64,000 nucleotides of DNA from Patescibacteria group bacterium (GTDB lineage Bacteria; Patescibacteriota; Patescibacteriia; Patescibacteriales; GWC2-42-12), in contig JAQTVB010000002.1 in NCBI GenBank assembly GCA_028707005.1, positions 121 to 64,120 of the forward strand, given 5' to 3'. The notes beneath the pieces are model-generated. The model saw nothing but the letters and a program-made list of their open reading frames with translations. It was not told the origin of the DNA and ran no database searches. Below are positions 35,930 to 46,049 of this stretch, in pieces; positions within the stretch are counted from its first letter, which is position 1; each line of letters opens with the position of its first letter. The position numbers and the translations under genes are program-made.

Positions 35930-37396
35930 ATGGATATAGTCATAGATTTACAACCAATTACGGATTTTTTAAACTTGCCTCCGGAACAAATTTTTTTAAC
36001 TCTATTTCTATATATAGGCTGGATTCCGATTGCCATCACTTTTCTTTATGGGGTAATTCAAGTCTGGTTAAGATATGTAAGGTTGGCCTATGGAGCCAGC
36101 GAAAAAGTCATTCTCTTGGCCATAGATATTCCCCGCGGTAATGCGCAGACGCCAAAGGCCGTGGAAAACATTTTTTCTTATTTGGCCGGCGCTCATAGCA
36201 CTAAGGATTTGTATGAAAAATGGTGGCTGGGCGAATGGCAATTGTATTTCAGCTTTGAGATTGTGAGCATTGAAGGCTATGTCCAGTTTTTAATCTGGAC
36301 CCCGGAAAAATACCGCCACTTGGTGGACGCGGCGATTTATTCCCAGTATCCTGACGCGGAAATTACCGAGGTAAATGACTATACCGAAGGCATACCCACC
36401 AAATACCCCGACGAACAATATGATATTTTCGGCGGCGAATTCATCTTGGTGGAGAACTCGGTTTATCCGATTAAAACCTATGAGCATTTTGAGCATATGA
36501 TGGGAGAGCCGGAAACCCAGTATAAGGATAGTATGGCGACTTTAATGGATTTAATGAGCAGTTTAAAAAAGGGAGAACAGTTGTGGTATCAAATTTTGGT
36601 AATTCCGACATCCAGCAGCTGGAACGAGGAAGGGGAGGAAGAAATTAAGAAGATCATCGGAGAAAAAAGCGGTGATAAAAATTTTGTTGATAATGTTCTT
36701 GATTTTATCTTAAAAATGCTGGCTGATTTCAGCGAGTTCGTCTACAGCCTTTGGGGCGATATTGAAGATAATAAAAAAGAAGACAAAGACTCTCAATTTA
36801 AGATGATGAATCTAAAGCCCAGGCAGAAAAAGCAGGTGGAAGAAATTCAGGAAAAAGTTGGGAAATTGGGTTTTGAAGTTAAGATTAGATATGTTTACGT
36901 TGCCAGAAAAGAGGTAATGAACAAGAATAAAGTGACTTACGGCATGACCGGCTATATGAAGCAGTTTAATTTCAATGATTTGAATTCGTATAAGCCGGAC
37001 GTCGGCGACGGAGGAACGGTAACTAAGGTTAGGTATGATAAAATTTTTGGTAAATCTCGCGTTAATTGGAGAAAAACAAAAATAATCAACGCTTACAAAT
37101 TTAGAAGCGATGTCCGGGGCCGGATGACCCATATTCTCAATACCGAAGAGCTGGCCACGCTTTGGCATTTTCCTGTCGAGGCCTCGGTTAAAGCTCCTCT
37201 GATTCAGAAAGCTCCGGGCAGAAAAGCCGAACCGCCGGCGGAATTGCCTGTCGCGAAAGAAAACGCGGCCAGGGAATTAGCGTTTGGCGATGGGATGAAG
37301 CCGGCGGATATATTTACTTTGGAAGGAACGGCGAGCGAAGTAAAACCGGAAGTTAAAGCTCCGCACGAACCGCCGAGCAATTTGCCAGTAGTGTAA
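35930..37396 (+). CDS. membrane-anchored hypothetical protein (partner of the downstream P-loop ATPase)
   Basis: 488 aa. N-terminal TM segments and a Pro-rich tail. Tightly linked to the next gene. Confidence 0.5.
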   Translation: MDIVIDLQPITDFLNLPPEQIFLTLFLYIGWIPIAITFLYGVIQVWLRYVRLAYGASEKVILLAIDIPRGNAQTPKAVENIFSYLAGAHSTKDLYEKWWLGEWQLYFSFEIVSIEGYVQFLIWTPEKYRHLVDAAIYSQYPDAEITEVNDYTEGIPTKYPDEQYDIFGGEFILVENSVYPIKTYEHFEHMMGEPETQYKDSMATLMDLMSSLKKGEQLWYQILVIPTSSSWNEEGEEEIKKIIGEKSGDKNFVDNVLDFILKMLADFSEFVYSLWGDIEDNKKEDKDSQFKMMNLKPRQKKQVEEIQEKVGKLGFEVKIRYVYVARKEVMNKNKVTYGMTGYMKQFNFNDLNSYKPDVGDGGTVTKVRYDKIFGKSRVNWRKTKIINAYKFRSDVRGRMTHILNTEELATLWHFPVEASVKAPLIQKAPGRKAEPPAELPVAKENAARELAFGDGMKPADIFTLEGTASEVKPEVKAPHEPPSNLPVV

Positions 37397-37402
37397 AAGA
37401 AA

Positions 37403-37470
37403 GAATTATGAATAATAAATCAAGTATCAGGGAAATTACCATAATTCATTATTTATAATTCATAATTCAT
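37403..37470. repeat. AT-rich palindrome (attatgaat / attcataat family)
   Basis: gaattatgaataataaat...ataattcattatttataattcataattcat. Confidence 0.55.
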
Positions 37471-37474
37471 ATTT

Positions 37475-39103
37475 ATGCCAGACAATATAACCGTCTTCGC
37501 GGAAACGAATTTTCGCAATCAACATAGAAAATTCGGCATTAAAACCGACGATCGCCGCCGGCACATGTATTTAGTGGGAAAAACCGGCATGGGCAAATCC
37601 ACTATTTTGGAGAATATGATTATTGATGATATCAGGGCGGGCAATGGCGTAATGGTGGTGGACCCGCACGGCGATTTGGCGGAAAAAATTATTGAATATA
37701 TACCGAATAATCGGGTAAATGACGTAATTTATTTCAACCCGGCGGATATTGAATATCCGATCGCCTTTAACGTGGTGGAGCAGGTAGAACCGCATCTAAG
37801 GCATTTGGTCGCTTCCGGCCTGATCGGAGTTTTTAAAAAGCTTTGGGCCGATTCTTGGGGGCCGCGCTTGGAATATATTTTGCGCAATGCCATTTTGGCG
37901 ATTTTAGATTATCCCGGTTCAACTTTGCTGGCGGTTATCAGAATGCTGTCGGATAAAAATTTTCGGAAAAAAGTTATTGAAAAAATTCAGGACCCGGTGG
38001 TTAAATCTTTTTGGGTTAATGAGTTCGCCGGCTATGCCAATAATTTCGCTTCCGAAGCGGTTTCGCCGATTCAGAATAAGGTCGGGCAGTTTTTGTCAAG
38101 CGCCTTGATTAGGAATATCGTCGGTCAGGTGAAATCGACCATTGATTTAAGGGAAGTCATGGATAGCGGCAAAATTTTGATTTTAAATTTGAGTAAAGGC
38201 CGAATCGGTGAAGACAATTCTTCTCTGCTTGGCGCCATGATGATCACTAAAGTCCAGCTGGCGGCCATGAGCCGGGTTGATGTTTTAGAGAAAAAACGCC
38301 AGGATTTTTATCTTTACATCGATGAATTCCAGAATTTTACCACCGAAAGTTTCGCCAATATTTTATCCGAAGCCAGGAAATATAGGCTGAATTTAATAAT
38401 GGCCCATCAGTATATTGAACAGCTTGGGGAAATCGTAAAACCGGCGGTTTTCGGCAATGTGGGCACCATAATAGTTTTCCGAGTAGGCGCGGCTGACGCG
38501 GAGGAATTAGTCAAAGAATTTACGCCTGTTTTTTTAGAGGAAGATCTGGTTAACCTGTCTAAGTATGAATTTTACATCAAACTCATGATTGACGGTGTTT
38601 CCTCCGATCCTTTTTCCGCCCGTGGTCTGCCGCCTTTAACCGAAGCGGAAAAAACCAGTAATAAAGACAAGGTTATAAAAGTATCGCGCGAGAGGTACGC
38701 CAAGCAACGGGCGGTAGTTGAAGAGAAAATTTTTCGCTGGCACGAAAATAAAGATGAACCGGCCGGCGATAAAAGGGAACCGGAGAGAAATCAGCATGCG
38801 GAAAGAAATCAGCGCCGCGAGGATCAGCCGCGTCCGGAGCGGCGGGGAAGCGCGCGGCAAAATGCCGCCCCAATCGCGCGTAAAGAAAATACGACTAAAA
38901 CTCCTCTTGGCGGCGGCCAATCAGATGCGAAAAAATATGAAGCGGTTTGCAGCCGTTGCGGCCAGACCACCGAAGTATCTTTTACGCCCGACGGCATCAG
39001 GCCGATTTTCTGCAAAGATTGCTTGATTTTAATTAAAGATGAGAAAAAGAAGGACATAGAAGCCAGATTGGCGGCTAAAAAACAGGAGTTGTCTAAATTG
39101 TAA
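37475..39103 (+). CDS. TraD/TraG/VirD4-like (type IV coupling-protein-like) P-loop ATPase with a basic tail and C-terminal zinc ribbon
   Basis: Walker A GKTGMGKS, Walker B-like FYLYIDEFQNF and C-terminal CSRCG...FCKDC. Confidence 0.65.
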   Translation: MPDNITVFAETNFRNQHRKFGIKTDDRRRHMYLVGKTGMGKSTILENMIIDDIRAGNGVMVVDPHGDLAEKIIEYIPNNRVNDVIYFNPADIEYPIAFNVVEQVEPHLRHLVASGLIGVFKKLWADSWGPRLEYILRNAILAILDYPGSTLLAVIRMLSDKNFRKKVIEKIQDPVVKSFWVNEFAGYANNFASEAVSPIQNKVGQFLSSALIRNIVGQVKSTIDLREVMDSGKILILNLSKGRIGEDNSSLLGAMMITKVQLAAMSRVDVLEKKRQDFYLYIDEFQNFTTESFANILSEARKYRLNLIMAHQYIEQLGEIVKPAVFGNVGTIIVFRVGAADAEELVKEFTPVFLEEDLVNLSKYEFYIKLMIDGVSSDPFSARGLPPLTEAEKTSNKDKVIKVSRERYAKQRAVVEEKIFRWHENKDEPAGDKREPERNQHAERNQRREDQPRPERRGSARQNAAPIARKENTTKTPLGGGQSDAKKYEAVCSRCGQTTEVSFTPDGIRPIFCKDCLILIKDEKKKDIEARLAAKKQELSKL

Positions 39104-39134
39104 TGTCAACGCAGTATGCGCATTATATCTATTT

Positions 39135-39887
39135 ATGATGGTAAAAACTAGTTTGCATATCCATACTTTTGAGGATAAGGTTGAAGGCTACATGATTAAG
39201 TATAATATTTACGATTTGATAGATTGGGCCGGCCAGCTGGGTTTTAAAGTTTTAGGTTTGACATGCCATAAAAAATTTATTTACCAAGACGATTATGCCG
39301 TTTACGCGGCCAAGAAAGGCATTTTATTGCTGTTCGGCATTGAATTGCAGATGAAAAAAAGGGCTAAACGCAATGATTTAATAATTTTAAATATTAACCC
39401 CAAAGACGCGGCCGCCGTTGAAAAGATAAATAGCTTTGAAAAATTAGCGGAATTCAGGGAAGAGCATCAAGAAATATTTGTTTTAGCTCCCCATCCTTTG
39501 GCCGCCCGACTTTTTTCCATGGGCAAGAAGAAACTGATTAGGAATATGCACTTATTTGATGGCGTGGAACATTGCTGGTGCTATTCGCGGCGATTTCTGA
39601 ACTTCAATAAGAAAACAAAAAAAATCACTGAAAAATTCAACAAACCTTTCATGGCGACGTCCGACGCCCATTTTTTAAGATATTTCAATACCGACTATAT
39701 CTTAGTTGAATCGGACAAGCTTGAGCCGGCTAGCATTTTCGCTGCGATTAAACAGGGCGCTTTCACTAACGTGACTAGGCCGAAAAAAATTCATCAGATA
39801 TTTTGGTGCTTGGCCAACCTTCAGCTCAAAAAATATATTTTCTTCATTTTTAAATTTAAACAGGTGATCAGGCATAAGCGCGGTTGA
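39135..39887 (+). CDS. PHP-domain-like metal-dependent phosphoesterase
   Basis: 250 aa. N-terminal LHIHT and later SDAH are consistent with the PHP fold. Confidence 0.5.
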   Translation: MMVKTSLHIHTFEDKVEGYMIKYNIYDLIDWAGQLGFKVLGLTCHKKFIYQDDYAVYAAKKGILLLFGIELQMKKRAKRNDLIILNINPKDAAAVEKINSFEKLAEFREEHQEIFVLAPHPLAARLFSMGKKKLIRNMHLFDGVEHCWCYSRRFLNFNKKTKKITEKFNKPFMATSDAHFLRYFNTDYILVESDKLEPASIFAAIKQGAFTNVTRPKKIHQIFWCLANLQLKKYIFFIFKFKQVIRHKRG

Positions 39888-39964
39888 TGGTTTTAGTGAA
39901 TTGAATAAATTTACGTGAATATGGCCAATATTCGCTTGAATTAACGCGGATTCGCCACTATATT

Positions 39965-41500
39965 ATGGATTATTTTAAGGTAAGCAAAGCGGCAGATTTA
40001 CCAGCCCGCAGAGATCGCAGGCTTTACCGCTGGTTAGAAATTTTACCCGGATTTCTGTCCTGGGCGACTTTGCTTATTCTATTATTTTTGTCATGGCTGA
40101 AGCCGATTTGGGTGGCTTATTTTATCATCGCTTTTGACGTTTATTGGTTGCTCTTAGTGATTTATCTGGGCATCAATCTCTTTAGCGCCTATGTAAGCAT
40201 GAAAAAGAATCTGCGCGTGGCTTGGCGGGAAAGATGCGAAAAAGCGCCGGGCCGTTTTGCCTGGTCGGAAGTTGTGCATTTGGTAATTTTTCCCACTTAT
40301 GACGAGAGCCTTGAGGTAGTAAGGCCAAGTTTTGAGGCGCTTTTAAAAGATGGCTATCCGACCGATAAAATGATTATGGTTTTTGCCATTGAAGAAAGAG
40401 CGGGTGAGGCGGGCCGGGAAAAAGCGCGCGCCATTAAGCAGGAGTTTGGCGGAAAATTTAAACATTTTCTCGTGACCACCCACCCCGACGGCTTGGCCGG
40501 AGAAATAAAAGGCAAAGGAGCTAATCAGGCCTGGGCGGCCCAGCAGGCCAAAATTTTAGTGATTGACAAGTTCAATTATGATTATGATAAAATCCTGGTT
40601 AGCGTTTTTGACATGGACACCGTGGTGATGCCGGGATATTTTTATTGCTTGACCTATAAGTTTTTGACTGTTGATAATCCCTATCGAGCAAGCTATCAGC
40701 CGATTCCGGTTTATCATAACAATATTTGGCAAGCGCCTTTTTTCGCCAGAGTGGCGGCCGCTTCCAATACCTTTTGGCAGATGATGCAGCAGATCAGGCA
40801 GGAAAAGCTAGCGACTTACTCTTCGCATTCAATGACTTGGCGGGCGCTGGTTGATATTAACTTTTGGTCAACCAACATGGTAAGTGAAGATTCGCGCATT
40901 TTTTGGCACTGTTTTTTATATTATCGGGGGGATTATCGCGTTGAGCCTTTATACTTTCCCGTCTCTATGGACGTAGTGATGGACCAGACAGCTTGGCAGA
41001 CGATGAAAAATTTATACAAGCAGCAAAGGCGTTGGGGTTGGGGTATAGAAAATTTGCCGTATTTGATGTTTAACACGATTCGCGGCAGAAAGGAGCTGCC
41101 CGTTGGCAAAATGGTCAATAAAATTTTAATTCAACTATACGGTTTTCATTCTTGGGCGACCAACGCTTTGATTATCGGCGTGATCGGCTGGATGCCGATG
41201 ATCCTCGGCGGCCGGCAATTCAATATCACGGTGCTGTCTAATAATCTTCCGCTGGTAGCGCGTACCTTAATGACCGTGGCCATGATCGGTATGGTTTTTT
41301 CGGCCATTATTTCCACCCTGTTATTGCCAAAGCGGCCGCGCCAATACGGCCTTTTAAAAAGCGTTGCCATGATATTGCAGTGGCTGGTTTTGCCGGTAAG
41401 TATTATAATTTTCGGCGCTATTCCCGGCCTGGAAGCGCAAACCCGGCTGATGCTGGGAAAATACATGGGATTTTGGGTAACGCCCAAAGTAAGGAAATAA
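39965..41500 (+). CDS. membrane-embedded processive family-2 glycosyltransferase (cellulose/chitin-synthase-like)
   Basis: 511 aa. TM-flanked GT2 domain with FPTYDES, FDMDT and the QQRRWGWG (QxxRW) motif. Confidence 0.8.
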   Translation: MDYFKVSKAADLPARRDRRLYRWLEILPGFLSWATLLILLFLSWLKPIWVAYFIIAFDVYWLLLVIYLGINLFSAYVSMKKNLRVAWRERCEKAPGRFAWSEVVHLVIFPTYDESLEVVRPSFEALLKDGYPTDKMIMVFAIEERAGEAGREKARAIKQEFGGKFKHFLVTTHPDGLAGEIKGKGANQAWAAQQAKILVIDKFNYDYDKILVSVFDMDTVVMPGYFYCLTYKFLTVDNPYRASYQPIPVYHNNIWQAPFFARVAAASNTFWQMMQQIRQEKLATYSSHSMTWRALVDINFWSTNMVSEDSRIFWHCFLYYRGDYRVEPLYFPVSMDVVMDQTAWQTMKNLYKQQRRWGWGIENLPYLMFNTIRGRKELPVGKMVNKILIQLYGFHSWATNALIIGVIGWMPMILGGRQFNITVLSNNLPLVARTLMTVAMIGMVFSAIISTLLLPKRPRQYGLLKSVAMILQWLVLPVSIIIFGAIPGLEAQTRLMLGKYMGFWVTPKVRK

Positions 41501-41509
41501 ATTTTTTAA

Positions 41510-41675
41510 TTTTTAATTAACCTAATTTCTAATAAATGACCAAATCCCAACCTCCAAATCCTAATTTATTTCTGGGGTTAAAGATTGGGAGTTTATTGGT
41601 CATCGGACATTGGGATTTGGTATTTAGGCATTGGGATTTAGTTAGGTTAATTAGGAATTAGAGCAATTAGAAATT
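41510..41675. repeat. intergenic palindrome carrying aatgaccaaatcccaa / ttgggatttggt motifs
   Basis: The left arm ttaattaacctaatttctaataaatgaccaaatcccaa pairs with the right arm ...cattgggatttagttaggttaattagg. Confidence 0.7.
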
Positions 41676-41705
41676 TTAGATTTTAGTGTTATAATATAAC
41701 CAACT

Positions 41706-42158
41706 ATGATAGATGGCGTCATTATTAAAAAAATAGCTAAGAATACGGATTCCCGAGGCTGGCTAGCCGAGATTTATCGACAGGATGAGCAGGACTATAA
41801 GCCGGCCATGAGTTATGTAAGCCTAACCAAGCCTGGCGTGATCCGCGGACCGCATGAGCATAAACAACAGAGCGACTGCTTTGTTTTTATTGGTCCGGGA
41901 GATTTTGCGCTACACTTATGGGATCGGCGGAAACATAGTGCGACTAACGGTAAACATCTTAGCATTAAGGTTGGAGAAAAAAAACCCACTCTAGTTATCG
42001 TCCCCCCAGGAATCGTGCATGGTTATAAGTGCGTCGGCCAAGCGGGCGGCTGGTGCATTAATTTGCCTAATCAGTTGTATCGGGGCAAAGGCAAGCGAGG
42101 TAAAATCGATGAGATCAGATGGGAGATTGACCCAGCGTCGCCGTATAAAATCGAGTAA
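41706..42158 (+). CDS. dTDP-4-dehydrorhamnose 3,5-epimerase-like cupin (RmlC/WxcM-like)
   Basis: 150 aa. DSRGWLAEIYR and IRGPHEH motifs. Confidence 0.65.
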   Translation: MIDGVIIKKIAKNTDSRGWLAEIYRQDEQDYKPAMSYVSLTKPGVIRGPHEHKQQSDCFVFIGPGDFALHLWDRRKHSATNGKHLSIKVGEKKPTLVIVPPGIVHGYKCVGQAGGWCINLPNQLYRGKGKRGKIDEIRWEIDPASPYKIE

Positions 42159-42243
42159 ATTTTTAATAAATAAGAAATCCACCGGCGTAGCCGGTCGTCC
42201 ACGGTTTCCTCTTGCGGACGAAGTCAGTTTATTCTTTCTTTTT

Positions 42244-42351
42244 GTCATCTTGAGTGGAGCGCCAGCGGAACGAAAGATCTATAATACGACGATCAAGGAA
42301 CGTATAACGTATTATAGATTCTTCACTCCACTTCGTTCCGTTCAGAATGAC
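42244..42351. repeat. GTCAT...ATGAC palindromic element (third sequence variant)
   Basis: gtcatcttgagtggagcgccagcggaacgaaagatctataatacg pairs with cgtattatagattcttcactccacttcgttccgttcagaatgac. Confidence 0.7.
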
Positions 42352-42439
42352 AAAAATGGGGAGAATGCAGAATAGCCATGTTTAGCTAAAGGACATAGTC
42401 CGTGCCGGATTTAATTCCACCGACAGGGTCGGTGGTAGT

Positions 42440-42546
42440 TTAATTTTTAATTTTATAATTTTGTAAATAATTTTTAATATCTTAATATTTTAATATTAAA
42501 AATTAGGGTATTGTTTAAAAATTAAAAATTACAAAATTAAAAATTT
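42440..42546. repeat. AT-rich intergenic palindrome (aaaattaaaaatt family)
   Basis: Inverted arms lie around the centre ttaatattttaatattaa. A CCACCGA/TCGGTGG hairpin precedes it at 42415-42435. Confidence 0.55.
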
Positions 42547-42553
42547 CTGTTCT

Positions 42554-42955
42554 ATGTCTTGTATTTTTTGTAAAATTATCAGTGGCGAATTGCCAAGTCA
42601 TAAAGTGTATGAAGATGAAAATGTTCTGGCCTTTTTGGACATTAGCCCGGTAAATCCCGGACACACTTTAGTAGTGCCAAAAAAACACTTTGTCGATTTA
42701 GAAGATGCGGACGAGGCCACTTTATGCGCGGTCATCAAGGCGGTTAAAAGGGTTGGCTTAAGCATAAAAAATAATCTGGGAGCGGCGGGTTATAACCTAG
42801 GAATGAACAACGGCGCTGTCGCCGGCCAAGTTGTGCCGCATTTGCATTTTCATCTCATGCCGCGCCAGGCTGGCGACGGCTTAAAACTTTGGCCGCAACA
42901 AGCCTATGGACCGGGCGAGGCCGAGGAAATTTTACAAAAAATTAAAATATTTTAA
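42554..42955 (+). CDS. HIT-family (histidine triad) nucleotide hydrolase/transferase
   Basis: 133 aa. Contains the HLHFHLMP triad motif. Confidence 0.9.
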   Translation: MSCIFCKIISGELPSHKVYEDENVLAFLDISPVNPGHTLVVPKKHFVDLEDADEATLCAVIKAVKRVGLSIKNNLGAAGYNLGMNNGAVAGQVVPHLHFHLMPRQAGDGLKLWPQQAYGPGEAEEILQKIKIF

Positions 42956-42996
42956 TTTTTTAGACGAAGCGGTGCTTGTTGCCATAATTTATTTTC

Positions 42997-43596
42997 ATGT
43001 CATTAATTAATTTTTCGACAATTTTATCCTGGGTTATAGCCAGTGGTTACACCATGGTTTTTATCGCCATGATTATTGGCGGGCCGATTTTTATTTCCGC
43101 GGCCGCTTTCGCCGCGGCTTTGGGTTATTTTAATGTTTATGTTATTTTCGCCTTGACGCTTTTCGGAGAGATGGCGGTAGACATAGTTTTATTTTTGATT
43201 GGCAGTTTGAGCCGGGAGACTATCGTAGAAAGATTCGGCCATTACTTTGGCTTAACGACTAAAAGGATTTTAAAGTTAGAAGAATTGGTGGTTAAGCATA
43301 CTTGGAAAACGTTATTTATTATTAAATATTCGCCAATTATTCCCATGCCCGGCTTTGTCGCGGCCGGCGCGGCCAAATTGCCCTTTAAGAAATTCTTTTA
43401 TGTTTTACTGGTTTTAAGTTTGCCTAAAGCGATTTTTTTCACTTTGATGGGATATTATTTCGGTATGGCTTATAATGTTTTTTCCAAATATTTTTATTAC
43501 GGCCAATACGGCATTGTTTTGGTTGTCATTATTTTTATTGCTGTTAATTATTTATTTGTCCGTTTATCCAGAAAAATTTCTCGAAATGAAATATGA
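42997..43596 (+). CDS. DedA/SNARE-associated family membrane protein
   Basis: 199 aa, multi-TM. The loop pattern is typical of the DedA family. Confidence 0.7.
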   Translation: MSLINFSTILSWVIASGYTMVFIAMIIGGPIFISAAAFAAALGYFNVYVIFALTLFGEMAVDIVLFLIGSLSRETIVERFGHYFGLTTKRILKLEELVVKHTWKTLFIIKYSPIIPMPGFVAAGAAKLPFKKFFYVLLVLSLPKAIFFTLMGYYFGMAYNVFSKYFYYGQYGIVLVVIIFIAVNYLFVRLSRKISRNEI

Positions 43597-44780
43597 AGAT
43601 TGCTATTTTTTCCGACAATTTTTATCCCGAGCTAAGTGGAATTTCCGATTCCATTGTTTTGTTGGCCAAAGAATTGGCGAAGTTGAATCATCAGGTAAAT
43701 TTTTATGTCCCGCGATATAGCGCTAAAAATTATCGGGTTGTGAATTTGCCGGTCAAGGAATTGGCGCTGGGCGATAAAATTAAAATCAACCGCTTGGCCG
43801 CTTGGCCCGCGCTGTTCGCCGGCTTGCAGGCTAGAGCGGTTTTGCCGCTTTTATCAGGCAGACTTTTTAGGGACGGCCGGCCGGATATTATCCATTCGCA
43901 ACTTTTTTTTGGCGCCGGCCTAGAAGCCATGTTGAGCGCGCATTTTAGTAAAATACCTTTTATCGGCACCAACCATACGGCCATCTCGGAGTTTATAAAA
44001 TTCGTTCCTTTTAATTCTCATATCCTTAAAACGTTAAGTTTGCGTTACGCGGTTTGGTATTACAATCATTGCCATTTCGTCACTGCGCCGTCCCAATCGG
44101 TATTTAAGGAAATGAACCAATACGGTTTTAACCGGCCGCATCAGGTCATTTCCAACCCGATTGATATGACCGTCTTTTCCGCCAGCGAGAATAAAGCCGA
44201 GTTGAAAAAACGGTTTAAGCTCTCCGAGCAGACTATTGTTTATGCCGGCCGGCTGGCCTCGGAAAAAAATATTGATATAGTAATCAGGGCGGTTGCTTCA
44301 GCCAGGAGAAAAATAAAAAATATTAATTTGGCCATTGCCGGCTCCGGTAAATTTGAGCCGGAACTCAAGCAATTAATCCAAGAGTTGAATTTGCAGCCGG
44401 CGGTAAAATTCTTCGGCACTTTGCCGCAAAAAGACCTGGCTAAATTATATGGAGCCGCTGACGTTTTCGCCATCGCCTCAACTTCCGATACCCAGAGCCT
44501 TACCTTGATGCAAGCCATGGCCTGCGCCTTGCCGGCAGTGGTGGTTGACGCCCGAGCTTTGCCAGAATATGTCAACGACAAGAACGGCTACGTGGTAAAA
44601 GCCGGCGATTATCAGGCCATGGCGGAAAAGTTTGTTTTGCTTTTGGGAAACCCGGAGCTAAACCGGAAGCTAAGCCAAGGCGCTTATGATTTTGTTCAGC
44701 GGTTTTCGGCGGCTAATATTGCCAAAGAATGGGAAAAGCTGTATAACAAAGTAATTGGAGATTGTAAAAATAATTTATAA
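43593..44780 (+). CDS. family-4 glycosyltransferase (GT-B)
   Basis: 395 aa. The N-terminal MKIAIFSDNFYPELSGIS and C-terminal E-x7-E region are typical of GT4. 4-nt overlap with the upstream gene. Confidence 0.85.
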   Translation: MKIAIFSDNFYPELSGISDSIVLLAKELAKLNHQVNFYVPRYSAKNYRVVNLPVKELALGDKIKINRLAAWPALFAGLQARAVLPLLSGRLFRDGRPDIIHSQLFFGAGLEAMLSAHFSKIPFIGTNHTAISEFIKFVPFNSHILKTLSLRYAVWYYNHCHFVTAPSQSVFKEMNQYGFNRPHQVISNPIDMTVFSASENKAELKKRFKLSEQTIVYAGRLASEKNIDIVIRAVASARRKIKNINLAIAGSGKFEPELKQLIQELNLQPAVKFFGTLPQKDLAKLYGAADVFAIASTSDTQSLTLMQAMACALPAVVVDARALPEYVNDKNGYVVKAGDYQAMAEKFVLLLGNPELNRKLSQGAYDFVQRFSAANIAKEWEKLYNKVIGDCKNNL

Positions 44781-44784
44781 TTTT

Positions 44785-46035
44785 ATGAGAGAAATCATGC
44801 CTAACATGCCGGCAGCGCCGGAACAGAGGCAGAACGAGAACAGGCTTGAGCAAGAGCCTGGCTTTGACCTGGAAGTTTATGTTACCGATCATAGCCCGGA
44901 CAATCTTGATACTGGCGATCCGGAAAAATTAAGAGAATTATATCAAGATGTTGCTAGCGACGGCGTAGCCAGAGTGCGCTACGATTTTCATTGGGGTAAG
45001 CTGGAGGGCCAACCAGGAAAATTTGATCAGCAACTTTTTGGGCGCTATAAAAGCGCCAAAACCATCCAGGAAGAAGTGGGTTTGAAGGCCCCGATTATTA
45101 TTTTATCCAATCCGCCCGCCTGGGCGATAAAATTATATAAAGAAGGGAAAAAGGATGAATTTTTTCAAGCCTTTAAGAGCTACGCTGAAACAGTTAAGCA
45201 AGCGTTGGATCAAGCTGGCGGCAAAAAAATTACTACCATTCAAATTTTGAATGAATTGAATAATACGCAATACACGCCGGTGGCGGTTGATGATATTCCC
45301 GAGATCTGCCGGATAACCAGGGAAGTTTTCCATGAATATAATCCCGATTTAAAATTAATGGTGACCATCAATGCCAATAGTATGGCAAAAATGGTTGGCA
45401 GCGACGCTGGTGAATATTTGCATAAGCTCAAGAATTTTAAAGGCAGCTTTGATAGGATTGCCATTGATAATTATCCGGGAACTTGGCATTTTCCGCAAAA
45501 GATTGCCGAATTGATTAAAAGCCTTAATTTCTCCAGTTGGCCGCCGACCAAGGAAGTTTTTAAAACTTTGGTTAAACAGTTTGATTATTTAGAAAAAATG
45601 TTGAGAGAGGTGGCAAATTGGGGCATAGAATATGAAGTGGGCGAAGTTGGCATACCGTCAAAGTTGCCCTGGGGAGGCGAAAAAAGCCAGCGTTATTTTT
45701 ATGACATTTTGTTTCGTTTTTTAAAACATTTGCTAATGGAGTTTAGGCAAGAGGGGATCAAGCTGCCGTCTTCCCTGGGCCTCTATGAAGCAATTGATGA
45801 GCCGCCAAAAACTTTCATGGGAAAGGTGGCGGACATGACGCCTTGGCCAGAATATGAATTTGGCATGCGCCGATCCGATGGAGGCAGAAAAGAAATTCTG
45901 CGAGGGCGCAAGCACTTTCCTCAATCTGAAGAAGTGCGACTAACAAATTTGGCCAGAGTAAATCGTTCACAACTAAGAGCTAACATAGATTATTTGCGCC
46001 AGCCCATGAAAATTGCCAAAAATCAGGCAAAATAA
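44785..46035 (+). CDS. hypothetical protein, possibly a TIM-barrel glycoside-hydrolase-like enzyme
   Basis: Long ORF. I chose the ATG at 44785 to avoid overlapping the upstream gene. The GH-like assignment is only a weak impression (NELN and EVG acid-residue contexts). Confidence 0.4.
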   Translation: MREIMPNMPAAPEQRQNENRLEQEPGFDLEVYVTDHSPDNLDTGDPEKLRELYQDVASDGVARVRYDFHWGKLEGQPGKFDQQLFGRYKSAKTIQEEVGLKAPIIILSNPPAWAIKLYKEGKKDEFFQAFKSYAETVKQALDQAGGKKITTIQILNELNNTQYTPVAVDDIPEICRITREVFHEYNPDLKLMVTINANSMAKMVGSDAGEYLHKLKNFKGSFDRIAIDNYPGTWHFPQKIAELIKSLNFSSWPPTKEVFKTLVKQFDYLEKMLREVANWGIEYEVGEVGIPSKLPWGGEKSQRYFYDILFRFLKHLLMEFRQEGIKLPSSLGLYEAIDEPPKTFMGKVADMTPWPEYEFGMRRSDGGRKEILRGRKHFPQSEEVRLTNLARVNRSQLRANIDYLRQPMKIAKNQAK

Positions 46036-46049
46036 TTTATTCTAAATTC

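Noticed and set aside
42019-42375. The 118-aa plus-strand ORF overlapping the end of the RmlC-like gene and the following spacer.
   Set aside because: It overlaps a better-supported gene out of frame and then reads through a palindromic repeat. It has no motif.
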